64,000 nt of DNA from an uncultured Pseudomonadales bacterium (GCA_964598305.1 CAZRBP010000001.1:22501-86500); one strand, 5' to 3'; positions 49,024 through 61,923 are shown, counted from the first letter of the stretch. Translations and numbers: made by a program. Notes: generated from the letters alone by a model not told the origin.

Positions 49024-50091
49024 ATGTCCGAGTTGGAGAACATCAACGTGGAGCGGCTGCAAGTGTTGACAACGCCTGAACAACTCAAACGGCAATTGCC
49101 CGCATCAAAGGCGGCGCGGGCCAGCGTGCAACGCGCGCGGCGGGCGGTCAACGCGGTGCTCAACCGGCAGGATCCCCGGCTGCTGGTGGTGGTCGGCCCC
49201 TGCTCGATCCACGACACCAGCGCCGCCAAGGACTACGGCGAACGCTTGGCGGCGCTCGGCCAGGAGGTCGAGGACGCCCTGCTGCTGGTGATGCGCACCT
49301 ACTTCGAGAAGCCGCGCACCACCGTCGGCTGGAAAGGGCTGATCAACGACCCCTACCTGGACGATTCGTTTCGGGTGTCCGACGGCCTGCAAATCGCCCG
49401 CCGCCTGCTGCTCGACCTGGCCGAACTCGGCCTGCCGCTCAGCACCGAAGCCTTGGACCCGATCACCCCGCAGTACCTGCAGGACCTGATTAGCTGGTCG
49501 GCCATCGGCGCCCGCACCTCAGAATCCCAAACCCATCGGGAAATGGCATCGGGACTGAGTTCGGCGGTGGGCTTCAAGAACGGCACCGACGGCTCCTTGG
49601 ACGCCGCCATCAACGCCATGCGCTCGGTGGCCAAGCCGCACCGCTTCCTCGGCATCAATCCAGCCGGTCAAGTGGCGGTCATTGAGACGCGGGGCAACCC
49701 CAACGCCCATATGGTGCTGCGCGGCGGCGCCAACGGCACCAACTACGACCGCGCCAGCATCCGCGCCTGCGAAGCGGCGATGCGCGACGCCGGGTTGACG
49801 CCGATCATCATGGTGGATTGCAGCCACGCCAACTCCAACAAGGACCCGTCCACCCAGCCGACGGTCGCCCGGGAGGTGCTCGGTCAGATTGGGGAAGGCA
49901 ACGATTCCATCGTCGGCATCATGCTGGAGAGCCACATCCACGGCGGCAGCCAGCGCATTCCAGACAACTTGGATGAATTGCGCTACGGCGTCTCAGTCAC
50001 CGATGGCTGCATCGACTGGGCCACCACTGAGGCACTGCTGCGCGAAGCCGCCGATGCGCTCAGGCCGACGCTCGCCCGCCGAGTCGCCTAA
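49024..50091 (+). CDS. Class I 3-deoxy-7-phosphoheptulonate (DAHP) synthase
   Basis: The motifs VVGPCSIHD, RTYFEKPRTTVGWKGLINDP, SWSAIGARTSESQ.HRE.ASGLS and VGFKNGTDG are present. A strong AGGAGG/AAGGAGG SD lies upstream. Confidence 0.9.
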   Translation: MSELENINVERLQVLTTPEQLKRQLPASKAARASVQRARRAVNAVLNRQDPRLLVVVGPCSIHDTSAAKDYGERLAALGQEVEDALLLVMRTYFEKPRTTVGWKGLINDPYLDDSFRVSDGLQIARRLLLDLAELGLPLSTEALDPITPQYLQDLISWSAIGARTSESQTHREMASGLSSAVGFKNGTDGSLDAAINAMRSVAKPHRFLGINPAGQVAVIETRGNPNAHMVLRGGANGTNYDRASIRACEAAMRDAGLTPIIMVDCSHANSNKDPSTQPTVAREVLGQIGEGNDSIVGIMLESHIHGGSQRIPDNLDELRYGVSVTDGCIDWATTEALLREAADALRPTLARRVA

Positions 50092-50111
50092 CGCGGGCGC
50101 CGTATCGCACA

Positions 50112-50693
50112 CTATCGATAGTAGGCGTTTTCCGTAACGCTGTGGTCGGTGACGTCGCGAATTGCGGAAAGGTCGGGAATCTGCGCCAGCAGTGTGCTCT
50201 CGACGCTCTGCTTGAGAGTGATGTCCACCGCCGCGCAACCTTGGCAGCCACCGCCGAACTGCAGCACGGCGGTGTTGTCCTCCAGCAACTCCACGAGGGT
50301 GACCATGCCGCCGTGGGCCGCTAGCCCCGGGTTGATCTCGTTGTAGAGCACGTAGTTGATGCGATCCTCCAGCGGCGAATCCTCATCGACGCTGGGCACC
50401 CGGGCGTTGGGCGCCTTGATGGTGAGCTGGCCGCCCATGCGGTCCTCCTGAAAGTCCACCACCGCATCGACCAGGTAGCTTTCGCTGCGTGCCTCGATCC
50501 AAGCCCGAAAGCCATCATACTCGTAAGGCATGTCGTCGTCCTGGGCCTCGCCGGGACGGCAGTAGGCGATGCAGGTCTCCGCATGGGGGGTGCCGGGCTG
50601 GGCAACGAACACGCGGATGCCCACGTCGTCGTCCTCCTGCTTGGCCAGCAACTCCCGCAGATACGCCTGCGCCTTCTCTGAGATATTGATCAT
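50112..50693 (-). CDS. nfuA: Fe-S cluster biogenesis protein NfuA
   Basis: The start was moved to ATG 50693 ([16 protein letters not shown]). An A-type-like N-domain is followed by an Nfu C-domain with GGGCQGC. Confidence 0.9.
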   Translation of the reverse strand: MINISEKAQAYLRELLAKQEDDDVGIRVFVAQPGTPHAETCIAYCRPGEAQDDDMPYEYDGFRAWIEARSESYLVDAVVDFQEDRMGGQLTIKAPNARVPSVDEDSPLEDRINYVLYNEINPGLAAHGGMVTLVELLEDNTAVLQFGGGCQGCAAVDITLKQSVESTLLAQIPDLSAIRDVTDHSVTENAYYR

Positions 50694-50804
50694 GTCAATT
50701 CCCGACCATTTCAGTCGGGTATAGTACCGGCTAAGGCTTCCGGGGCCAAGGACTGGGTTCAGCGACTGTCGTTCAGCGGCTGGGTTCAGCGGCGTTGCCA
50801 AACA

Positions 50805-50817
50805 TGAATCCCTTTCA
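50805..50817. promoter_or_regulatory. Putative MetR box TGAATCCCTTTCA (TGAA-N5-TTCA)
   Basis: It is an exact match to the MetR consensus geometry, ~110 nt upstream of the metH start. Confidence 0.4.
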
Positions 50818-50925
50818 GGTTGGGGATTTGAAATCCGGCTCGCCCCCAAACGGTGCCTGTCTATACTCCCTTAGCAATCTGGCTTGATGCTGCAAGGCGG
50901 GCCTAATGACCCGCCCCCTCCACTC

Positions 50926-54582
<3,657 letters not shown>

Positions 54583-54680
54583 TGGAGCGATTTTTGTTCT
54601 ATCCATAGGCGCAATCGTGTGTTCAGTCCGGGCTGCCGCGGTGCTAGCGTTACAGGTTGCTTCGCACACAGCAGGAACCG

Positions 54681-56336
54681 ATGTACCGCTACGACACCTT
54701 CGATCAGCAGTTCGTTGACGAACGGGTGGCTCACTTTCGCAGCCAAACCGAGCGCTACTTGGCGGGCGAACTCAGCGACGATGAGTTCCTGCAACTGCGC
54801 CTTCGTAACGGCCTCTACATTCAGCGCTTGGCGCCCATGCTGCGGGTGGCGGTGCCCTACGGCACCCTGTCGAGCCAACAGTTGCGGATGCTCGCCCACA
54901 TCGCCCGCCACTACGATCGCGGCTACGGCCACCTGAGCACCCGCCAGAACATGCAGTTCAATTGGCCGGAATTGGCTGAAGTGCCGGACATCCTAGCCGA
55001 TCTCGCCACCGTGCAAATGCATGCCATCCAGACCAGCGGCAACTGCATCCGCAACGTCACCGCCGATGAGTTCGCCGGCGTGGCGGCGGATGAGTCGGTC
55101 GACCCCCGCCCCTACTGCGAGCTGATCCGCCAATGGTCCACCTCGCACCCGGAATTCGACTGGCTGCCGCGCAAGTTCAAGATCGCCATCAGCGGCGCCG
55201 ATGAGGACCGGGCCGCGGTCAACGTGCACGACATCGGTCTGCTGGTGCGGCGGCGGGACGGCGAGACCGTCTTCGACGTCCTGGCCGGCGGCGGCCTCGG
55301 CCGCACTCCGGTCATCGGCTCGCTCATCCGCGAGGCGCTGCCGGTCCGCCATCTGCTGACCTACCTCGAAGCCATCATGCGGGTGTACAACCGCTTTGGC
55401 CGCCGCGACAACAAGTACAAGGCGCGCATCAAGATCCTGGTTCGGGCCATGACCGCCGAGGGGTTCAAGGCCCGGGTCGATGAGGAGTGGTCGCACCTCA
55501 AGGGCTCGCCCAGCACGCTGACGGACGAGCAAGTGACGGGCATGGAGGCCCATTTCGAACCGCCAGCCTACACCGAACGGCCCGGCGCTGAAGCCGCCTT
55601 GGCCGCGGACCGGCTGAAGGATGCGGACTTCGCCCGCTGGGTGCGGCACAACGTGTCGCCGCACAAGCAAACCGGCTACGCGATCGCCACCCTCTCCACG
55701 AAGGAGACCGGCACGCCGCCCGGCGACGTCTCCGACCGGCAGATGGAAGCGGTGGCCGATTGGGCCGAGGCCTACGGCTTCGGCGAGATCCGCATCTCCC
55801 ACCAGCAGAACTTCGTGCTGCCGGACGTCGGCCAGGACCAGCTCCACGCGCTTTGGCTGGCGGCCCGCACCGAACGCCTCGCCACGCCCAACCGGGGCCT
55901 CGCCACCGACATCATTTGCTGCCCTGGCGGTGACTACTGCTCGCTGGCCAACGCCAAGTCCATTCCGGTGGCGGAGGCCATTCAGGCGCAGCTCGAGGAC
56001 TACGACTACCTGCATGACTTAGGCGAGCTCGACATCAACATTTCCGGCTGCATGAACGCCTGCGGCCACCACCACGTCGGCCACATCGGCATTCTCGGCG
56101 TGGACAAGAAGGGCCGCGAGTACTACCAAGTCTCCATCGGCGGCCACTCGGGCAACGACGCTTCCGTCGGCCAGATCATCGGACCATCGTTCTTCCGCGA
56201 CGACGTCCCCAGGGTGATTCGCCGCATCTTCGACGTTTACCTCGCCGAGCGCGTGGAAGACGAGAGTTTCCTGCACTGCGTTCGACGCATCGGCGTCGAG
56301 CCCTTCAAGGTAGAGGTCTATGCCAAAGCTGCTTAG
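54681..56336 (+). CDS. cysI: Sulfite reductase hemoprotein-type (nitrite/sulfite reductase family, ferredoxin/NADPH-independent CysI-like)
   Basis: The start was moved to ATG 54681 (MYRYDTF). The siroheme/4Fe-4S cysteines are CPGGDYC..ISGCMNACGHH. The sulfate-assimilation role is supported by the downstream DUF934 partner. Confidence 0.7.
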   Translation: MYRYDTFDQQFVDERVAHFRSQTERYLAGELSDDEFLQLRLRNGLYIQRLAPMLRVAVPYGTLSSQQLRMLAHIARHYDRGYGHLSTRQNMQFNWPELAEVPDILADLATVQMHAIQTSGNCIRNVTADEFAGVAADESVDPRPYCELIRQWSTSHPEFDWLPRKFKIAISGADEDRAAVNVHDIGLLVRRRDGETVFDVLAGGGLGRTPVIGSLIREALPVRHLLTYLEAIMRVYNRFGRRDNKYKARIKILVRAMTAEGFKARVDEEWSHLKGSPSTLTDEQVTGMEAHFEPPAYTERPGAEAALAADRLKDADFARWVRHNVSPHKQTGYAIATLSTKETGTPPGDVSDRQMEAVADWAEAYGFGEIRISHQQNFVLPDVGQDQLHALWLAARTERLATPNRGLATDIICCPGGDYCSLANAKSIPVAEAIQAQLEDYDYLHDLGELDINISGCMNACGHHHVGHIGILGVDKKGREYYQVSIGGHSGNDASVGQIIGPSFFRDDVPRVIRRIFDVYLAERVEDESFLHCVRRIGVEPFKVEVYAKAA

Positions 56337-56766
56337 TTTGATTGACGACGCAAACGGTGCCACCAACGGCACACCGCCGCAATTTGAGCCGGCGGGCCAA
56401 TGGACGCCGGATTCCGGCAAGGGCATTGAGCTCAGCGTGGATGCCGAGATCGAGGAACGGTTTCTGGCCGCGCCGGCGATCGGCATCGAGTTTCCGGCCT
56501 TCAATGACGGCCGGGGGCTCTCCCAAGCCGTCCTCCTGCGCAACCGCCACGGCTACCAAGGCGACTTGGTCGCCACCGGCGCGGTGCAGCCCGACATCCT
56601 GCACTACATGCGCCGCTGCGGCTTCTCGGCGGCGGTGCTGCCCAACGGCGACCTGCCCGACCCGCAAACCCTTGCACCCTATTCGGATTACTATCAGGCT
56701 TGTGCCACAGAGCCCGAGCCCGTTAGTCGCCGAATGGGGAGAGGTGCATCGAACACTCCGACATAG
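56320..56766 (+). CDS. DUF934-family protein (sulfite-reductase-associated)
   Basis: The block FNDGRGLSQAVLLRNRHGYQGDLVATGAVQPD is typical of DUF934. It overlaps the end of the preceding gene by 17 nt. Confidence 0.7.
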   Translation: MPKLLSLIDDANGATNGTPPQFEPAGQWTPDSGKGIELSVDAEIEERFLAAPAIGIEFPAFNDGRGLSQAVLLRNRHGYQGDLVATGAVQPDILHYMRRCGFSAAVLPNGDLPDPQTLAPYSDYYQACATEPEPVSRRMGRGASNTPT

Positions 56767-56801
56767 TCGCATCGTTTTTCCTGATCTTCGCCGGGGCGGC
56801 G

Positions 56802-57920
56802 GTGCTGGCCACCTTCGCCCTGTACAGCCGTCAACCCCTGCTGGTCGCCTACATCGCCATCGGCTGCCTGCTGGGCCCGCACGGCATATCCATGGTCAGC
56901 GATGCCCAACTGCTCGCCGAGATCGCCGAGTTCGGCATCATCTTCCTGCTCTTCCTGATCGGGCTGGACATGCAGCCGTCCACGCTCAAGACCATGCTGG
57001 GCAAGTCCTTGGTGACGGCACTGGGCACGTCAGCGGCGTTCTTCGCGGTAGGCTTTGGTCTGACGCTGGCGTTCGGCTTCAGCATTGCCGAGGCGTTGGT
57101 CGCGGGGGTGGCGGTGACCTTCTCGAGCACCATCCTAGGCGTGAAGCTGCTGCCAACCACGGCGTTGCACCACCGGCACATCGGCGAGATCGTGGTCGGC
57201 CTGCTGCTGATTCAGGACCTGTTGGCGATCATCGCCCTGGTGCTGGTGGCGGGCTACGGCGGGAGCTTCGAGGCCACCCTCGCCAGCCTCGGCACCATCG
57301 TCATCGCCCTGCCGGCGCTGACCTGGGTGGCGTTCCTGGCGGTGCGCATGGTGCTGCTGCCGCTGATCGCCCGCTTCGACGCCTTCCACGAGTTCATCTT
57401 CCTGCTGGCGATCGGCTGGTGCTTCAGCGTCGCCTTCGCCGCTGGCGCCGCCGGACTCTCCTTGGAAATCGGCGCCTTCCTCGCCGGCGTCACCCTGGCG
57501 ATTCATCCCGTCTCCCAGTACATCGCTGAAAGCCTGCGCCCGCTCCGAGACTTCTTCCTGGTGCTCTTCTTCTTCTCGGTGGGCGCTGAACTCGACATCG
57601 GCGCGGCCCTGCAGATGGCGGTTCCGATTCTGCTGCTGGCCGGCCTGCTGGTTGCATTGAAACCGGTCACGTTCGCCTATCTGCTGCGCTGGCAGGGGGA
57701 GTCCAAGGCCAATTCCTGGGAAACCGGCTTTCGGCTGGGGCAGGCGTCGGAATTCTCCCTGCTGCTGAGCTACGTCGCCGTCACCGCCGGCCTGATCGGC
57801 GCCAATGCGGCCTACCTCATCCAAGGCGCCACCATCTTGACCCTGATCGCCTCAAGCTACCTGGTCGTCTTCCGCTTCCCAAGCCCCATCGCCATGCGCG
57901 CCGAACTGCGGCGGGATTAG
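56802..57920 (+). CDS. Cation:proton antiporter (CPA2/Kef-type membrane domain, no KTN domain)
   Basis: A multi-TM protein with LLGPHG, FGIIFLLFLIGL and EFS motifs. GTG 56802 truncates TM1. The open frame extends back to 56727, and the only candidate start with an SD is ATC 56748 (see findings). Confidence 0.75.
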   Translation: MLATFALYSRQPLLVAYIAIGCLLGPHGISMVSDAQLLAEIAEFGIIFLLFLIGLDMQPSTLKTMLGKSLVTALGTSAAFFAVGFGLTLAFGFSIAEALVAGVAVTFSSTILGVKLLPTTALHHRHIGEIVVGLLLIQDLLAIIALVLVAGYGGSFEATLASLGTIVIALPALTWVAFLAVRMVLLPLIARFDAFHEFIFLLAIGWCFSVAFAAGAAGLSLEIGAFLAGVTLAIHPVSQYIAESLRPLRDFFLVLFFFSVGAELDIGAALQMAVPILLLAGLLVALKPVTFAYLLRWQGESKANSWETGFRLGQASEFSLLLSYVAVTAGLIGANAAYLIQGATILTLIASSYLVVFRFPSPIAMRAELRRD

Positions 57921-57923
57921 GCC

Positions 57924-58907
57924 CTAGTCCAAGACAACGAGTCCGCGACCGACCATTTTCCCGGCCAGGATGCGCTCAATCGCCTCCGGCAACGCGTCGA
58001 GGGTCAGCGCTTTCTCCAGAGCCGCCAAGTCCATTTTCCAAGGTCCGGCCAGCTTCTCCCAAATCTCCCGCTTCTGCTCAAGCGGCAACTGCACCGAGTC
58101 GATGCCGAGCAGGTTCACGTGGCGCAGTAGGAAGGGCAGCACGGTGGCCGGGATGGCCGGTGAATCCACCAAGCCGCAGGCGCCCAGGCTGCATCCGTAT
58201 TGGAGGCTCTTGACCGCATTGAAGAGTATCTCGCCGCCCACGGTATCGATGGCGCCAGCATAGGCCTCGCGCAGCAAGGGCTTGTCCGCGCCCTCCCGGG
58301 CCTGCTCACGGGACAGCACCTCGGCGGCGCCGAGCCCGCGCAGCCAGTCGTGCCGCTCCGCCTTGCCGGACACGGCGACCACTTCATAGCCGAGTTGGAC
58401 GAGCAGCTTCACCGCCACCGAGCCGACCCCACCGGTGGCGCCGGTTACCAGAACTGGACCCTGCCCTGGAACCATGCCGTGGGCTTCGAGCTTATGCACC
58501 GCCAAGGCGGCGGTGAAGCCAGCCGTGCCGAGCCGCATGCTCTCACGCAGCGACAGTCCGTCGGGCAGCGCAACGACCCAACCGGACGGAACGCGTATGC
58601 GCTGGCCGAAGCCGCCCGGCGTGTTCATGCCGAGATCGAAGCCGATCACCACCACCTCATCACCCGGCGCGAAATCCGGGCCGGACCCCTCCAGCACCAC
58701 TCCTGCGGCATCGATGCCGGGGGTGTGGGGATAGCGGCGGGTGACGCCCCGGTTGCCGCTCGCCGAGAGGCCGTCCTTGTAGTTGAGCGACGAGTAGCGG
58801 ACCTCGATCAGGACATCGCCATCGGGCAGGTCGCCGGGCGCCCGCTCAATGACGCGCCCCCGGTAGCCGCCATCCTGCTCCTCAACCCAATAGGCCTTGA
58901 ATGTCAT
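57924..58907 (-). CDS. YhdH/YhfP-family (AcuI-like) NADPH:quinone/acrylyl-CoA reductase
   Basis: The start was moved to ATG 58907 (MTFKAYWVEEQDG), which overlaps the sohB stop (ATGA). The motifs SSLNYKD and VTGATGGVGS are present. Confidence 0.8.
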   Translation of the reverse strand: MTFKAYWVEEQDGGYRGRVIERAPGDLPDGDVLIEVRYSSLNYKDGLSASGNRGVTRRYPHTPGIDAAGVVLEGSGPDFAPGDEVVVIGFDLGMNTPGGFGQRIRVPSGWVVALPDGLSLRESMRLGTAGFTAALAVHKLEAHGMVPGQGPVLVTGATGGVGSVAVKLLVQLGYEVVAVSGKAERHDWLRGLGAAEVLSREQAREGADKPLLREAYAGAIDTVGGEILFNAVKSLQYGCSLGACGLVDSPAIPATVLPFLLRHVNLLGIDSVQLPLEQKREIWEKLAGPWKMDLAALEKALTLDALPEAIERILAGKMVGRGLVVLD

Positions 58908-60076
58908 TGCCAGCCTCCCTTGCCCGGCAGCCACTGGACCAGTTGCCGCAGGCCGCTTTCCATTTCGCCGAGCACCCGTTCCAAGGGCTTCTTGTGCTCC
59001 ACCCAGCGCACCTCGAAGACATCCGCCTCCGCGCAGCGCTGCATGAGGTACTCATCGCTGGTGGCGATCTCATCAACCAAGTTCAACTCGATGGCCCGCC
59101 GCCCGTACCAAGCCTCGCCGGTGGCCACCTTGTCCAACTCCACGCCGGGGCGCTGCTCATTGACGAACTCCTGGAAGAGCACGTGCAGGTCCTCAAGCTC
59201 CTCGGTGAACTTGCGGCGTCCCTCGTCGGTGTTCTCGCCGAGCAGGGTCAGGGTGCGCTTGTAGCGTCCGGCGGTGATGACCTCGACATCCACGTCGTTC
59301 TTCTTCAGCAGGCGGTGGACATTGGGAATCTCCGCCACCACGCCGATGGAGCCCACCACAGCAAAGGGCGCCGCGATGACCTTGTTGGCCACCGCCGCCA
59401 TCAGGTAGCCGCCGCTGGCCGCCACCTGATCCACCGCCACCACCAGGTTCAGGCCATGCTGGCGCACCCGCTGCAACTGCGATGCCGCCAACCCGTAGCC
59501 GTGCACCCGGCCGCCGAAGCTCTTGACCCGCACCACCACCTCATCGCCGCTGCTGGCCTTGGTGAGCACGGCGTTGATCTCGTGGCGCAGATGGGAGACC
59601 TTGGTGGCATCCATGTCGCCTTCAAAAGTGAGCGCATAGACGCGGCTTTTGCCCGCATCGCTTTCGGCATCCGCCTGGGGTGCATCCTGGCCCTGCGCGG
59701 GCTGATCCTCCGCCTTTGATTCCTCGGCTGGGTGGTCCTCAACAGCCGCTTCAGCGGGTTCCGGAGCCGCTTCATCGCCGCCATCCTGCTTGGCGGCCCG
59801 CTGCGCCTGCTTGGCCTCCTGCTTGGCCTTGCGGCGCGCCGCCTTGGCCTCTTGGCGCGCCGCCTTGCGGTACTGCCCCCGGGTGAGCATCGCCTGCTCA
59901 AGGCCGTGCCGCAGGTCGTCGAGGTAGTCGTTGAGCCGAACCACCTCCAGAGCGCCCCTGGGCGCGTGGCGGCGGCGGGCGCTGAACGTCGCCATGGCGC
60001 TGAGCACCACCAACACGGCGACCACGACAGTGGCGGCCTGAGCCAGGAAAACCAAGTAGTCGTATAGATAGGTCAT
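58904..60076 (-). CDS. sohB: S49-family inner-membrane protease SohB
   Basis: An N-terminal TM segment is followed by a Lys/Ala-rich linker. ESPGG-like KSFGGRVHGYGLAASQLQR, VDQVAASGGYLMA and TAGRYKRTLTLLGENT are collinear with E. coli SohB. Confidence 0.85.
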   Translation of the reverse strand: MTYLYDYLVFLAQAATVVVAVLVVLSAMATFSARRRHAPRGALEVVRLNDYLDDLRHGLEQAMLTRGQYRKAARQEAKAARRKAKQEAKQAQRAAKQDGGDEAAPEPAEAAVEDHPAEESKAEDQPAQGQDAPQADAESDAGKSRVYALTFEGDMDATKVSHLRHEINAVLTKASSGDEVVVRVKSFGGRVHGYGLAASQLQRVRQHGLNLVVAVDQVAASGGYLMAAVANKVIAAPFAVVGSIGVVAEIPNVHRLLKKNDVDVEVITAGRYKRTLTLLGENTDEGRRKFTEELEDLHVLFQEFVNEQRPGVELDKVATGEAWYGRRAIELNLVDEIATSDEYLMQRCAEADVFEVRWVEHKKPLERVLGEMESGLRQLVQWLPGKGGWQ

Positions 60077-60290
60077 GTGGGCCTAATCGTGGAAAAGCGG
60101 CCTACTTTACTGGCTGAACGCAATTCAAGCCACCATCCATTCGTTCATCCATTTGCTCATCCCAATGGCAACTAGTGCTTGCCCAGCATCGGCAAGTCCA
60201 CCAAACTACGCGCCCCAAAAGGCACAGTCCCCCGGCCTAGGCGGCCACCATCGGCAGCCAACCGGGGGAATTTGATTCAAGGAGAACAAA

Positions 60291-61793
60291 ATCAACACGG
60301 CAAACGCCTTCTGGCAGAACTTTCTCGGCCACACGCCGCGCTGGTACAAGCTGACCATCGTCGCCTTCCTGGTCATCAATCCCATCCTCCTAGTGGTCGC
60401 CGGGCCCTTCTTCACGGGGTGGGTGTTGGTGCTGGAATTCATCTTCACCCTGGCCATGGCGCTGAGTTGCTATCCGCTGCAACCCGGCGGCCTGCTGGCC
60501 ATTCAGGCCTTGGTGCTGGGCATGACCTCGCCGGAAACCCTGCGCATGGAAGTGTTCAGCAACTTCCCGGTCATCCTGCTGCTGATGTTCATGGTGGCGG
60601 GCATTTTCTTCATGAAGGAACTGCTGCTGTTCACCTTCACCAAGATTTTGCTCGGCATTCGCTCAAAGGCCCTGCTTGCCCTGCTGTTCTCGGCGGTGGC
60701 CGCCTTTCTGTCGGCCTTTCTCGATGCGCTGACGGTGACCGCGGTGATCATCAGCGTCGCCGTCGGCTTCTACGGCGTCTATCACAAGGTGGCGTCCGGC
60801 AAGACCTTTCACGACGAAGACCACGAACACGGCGACGACGAGGGCGTGCATGACCATCACCGCGAGCACCTCGAGCAATTCCGCGCCTTCCTGCGCACCC
60901 TGCTGATGCACGGCGCGGTGGGCACAGCGCTCGGCGGCGTCTGCACCACCGTCGGCGAGCCGCAGAACCTGCTGATCGCCAACAAGCTCGGCTGGGAGTT
61001 CATTGAGTTTTTTCTGAACATGGCGCCGGTGACCATGCCGGTCCTCGCGGTGGGGCTGACAACCTGTGTCCTGCTCGAAAAACTCAAGCTGTTCGGCTAC
61101 GGCGTCGAAATGCCCGACAACGTGCGGCACATATTGGAGAGCTACGACACGGCGGAAACGCAAAAGCGCACAACGCGGGACGCCGCCCGGCTCATCATCC
61201 AAGCCATCGCCGGCATACTGCTGGTTCTGGCCCTCGCCTTCCACGTGGCGGAGGTGGGCTTCATTGGGCTGATGGTGATCGTCATTCAAACGGCCTTCAA
61301 CGGAATAGTGCGGGAGCACCAATTGGGCAAGGCGTTCGAGGAGGCGCTGCCGTTCACCGCCCTGCTCGTGGTTTTCTTCGCCATCGTTGCGGTGATCCAC
61401 GACCAGCACCTGTTTCAGCCGGTCATCGAATACGTGCTGAGCTTGGAGGTCTCCGTGCAGCCGGGCATGTTCTACATTGCCAACGGCGTGCTGTCCGCCA
61501 TGAGCGACAACGTGTTCGTCGCGACGGTTTACATCAACGAGATCAAGGCGGCATTCGACGCCGGCGACATCGACCGGGCGCACTTCGAATTGATGGCTGT
61601 GGCCATCAACACCGGCACCAACATTCCGAGCATCGCCACGCCCAACGGCCAAGCCGCCTTTCTGTTCCTGCTGACCTCGTCAGTGGCGCCGCTGATCCGG
61701 CTGTCCTACCTGCGCATGGTGCTGATGGCGCTGCCCTACACCGTGGTCATGGGCATCACCGGTTGGGTGGCCGTCCACTACTTCCTCGCTTGA
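60291..61793 (+). CDS. nhaB: Na+/H+ antiporter NhaB
   Basis: It is collinear with E. coli NhaB ([56 protein letters not shown]). The first canonical start (GTG 60393) removes the conserved NFLG..P.WYKL segment. The frame is open from 60276. I placed the start at ATC 60291, 6 nt after AAGGAG (see findings). Confidence 0.85.
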   Translation: MNTANAFWQNFLGHTPRWYKLTIVAFLVINPILLVVAGPFFTGWVLVLEFIFTLAMALSCYPLQPGGLLAIQALVLGMTSPETLRMEVFSNFPVILLLMFMVAGIFFMKELLLFTFTKILLGIRSKALLALLFSAVAAFLSAFLDALTVTAVIISVAVGFYGVYHKVASGKTFHDEDHEHGDDEGVHDHHREHLEQFRAFLRTLLMHGAVGTALGGVCTTVGEPQNLLIANKLGWEFIEFFLNMAPVTMPVLAVGLTTCVLLEKLKLFGYGVEMPDNVRHILESYDTAETQKRTTRDAARLIIQAIAGILLVLALAFHVAEVGFIGLMVIVIQTAFNGIVREHQLGKAFEEALPFTALLVVFFAIVAVIHDQHLFQPVIEYVLSLEVSVQPGMFYIANGVLSAMSDNVFVATVYINEIKAAFDAGDIDRAHFELMAVAINTGTNIPSIATPNGQAAFLFLLTSSVAPLIRLSYLRMVLMALPYTVVMGITGWVAVHYFLA

Positions 61794-61869
61794 TGCCAGC
61801 CTTTCGGAGCGAGGGCACCTTGCCCTCGCTTGATTCCAGCCTTTCGGAGCGAGGGCACCTTGCCCTCGC
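61785..61869. repeat. Two 40-bp tandem REP-like units, each with hairpin GCGAGGGCA-CCT-TGCCCTCGC
   Basis: The units start at 61785 and 61825 (CTCGCTTGAT(G/T)CCAGCCTTTCGGAGCGAGGGCACCTTGCC). The hairpins lie at 61809-61829 and 61849-61869. The first unit includes the nhaB stop codon. Confidence 0.9.
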
Positions 61870-61923
61870 ATTGGATTAGGCGGTTCTTGGAAAGGCCACG
61901 CCGCACAAGAATTGGTTAACGGC

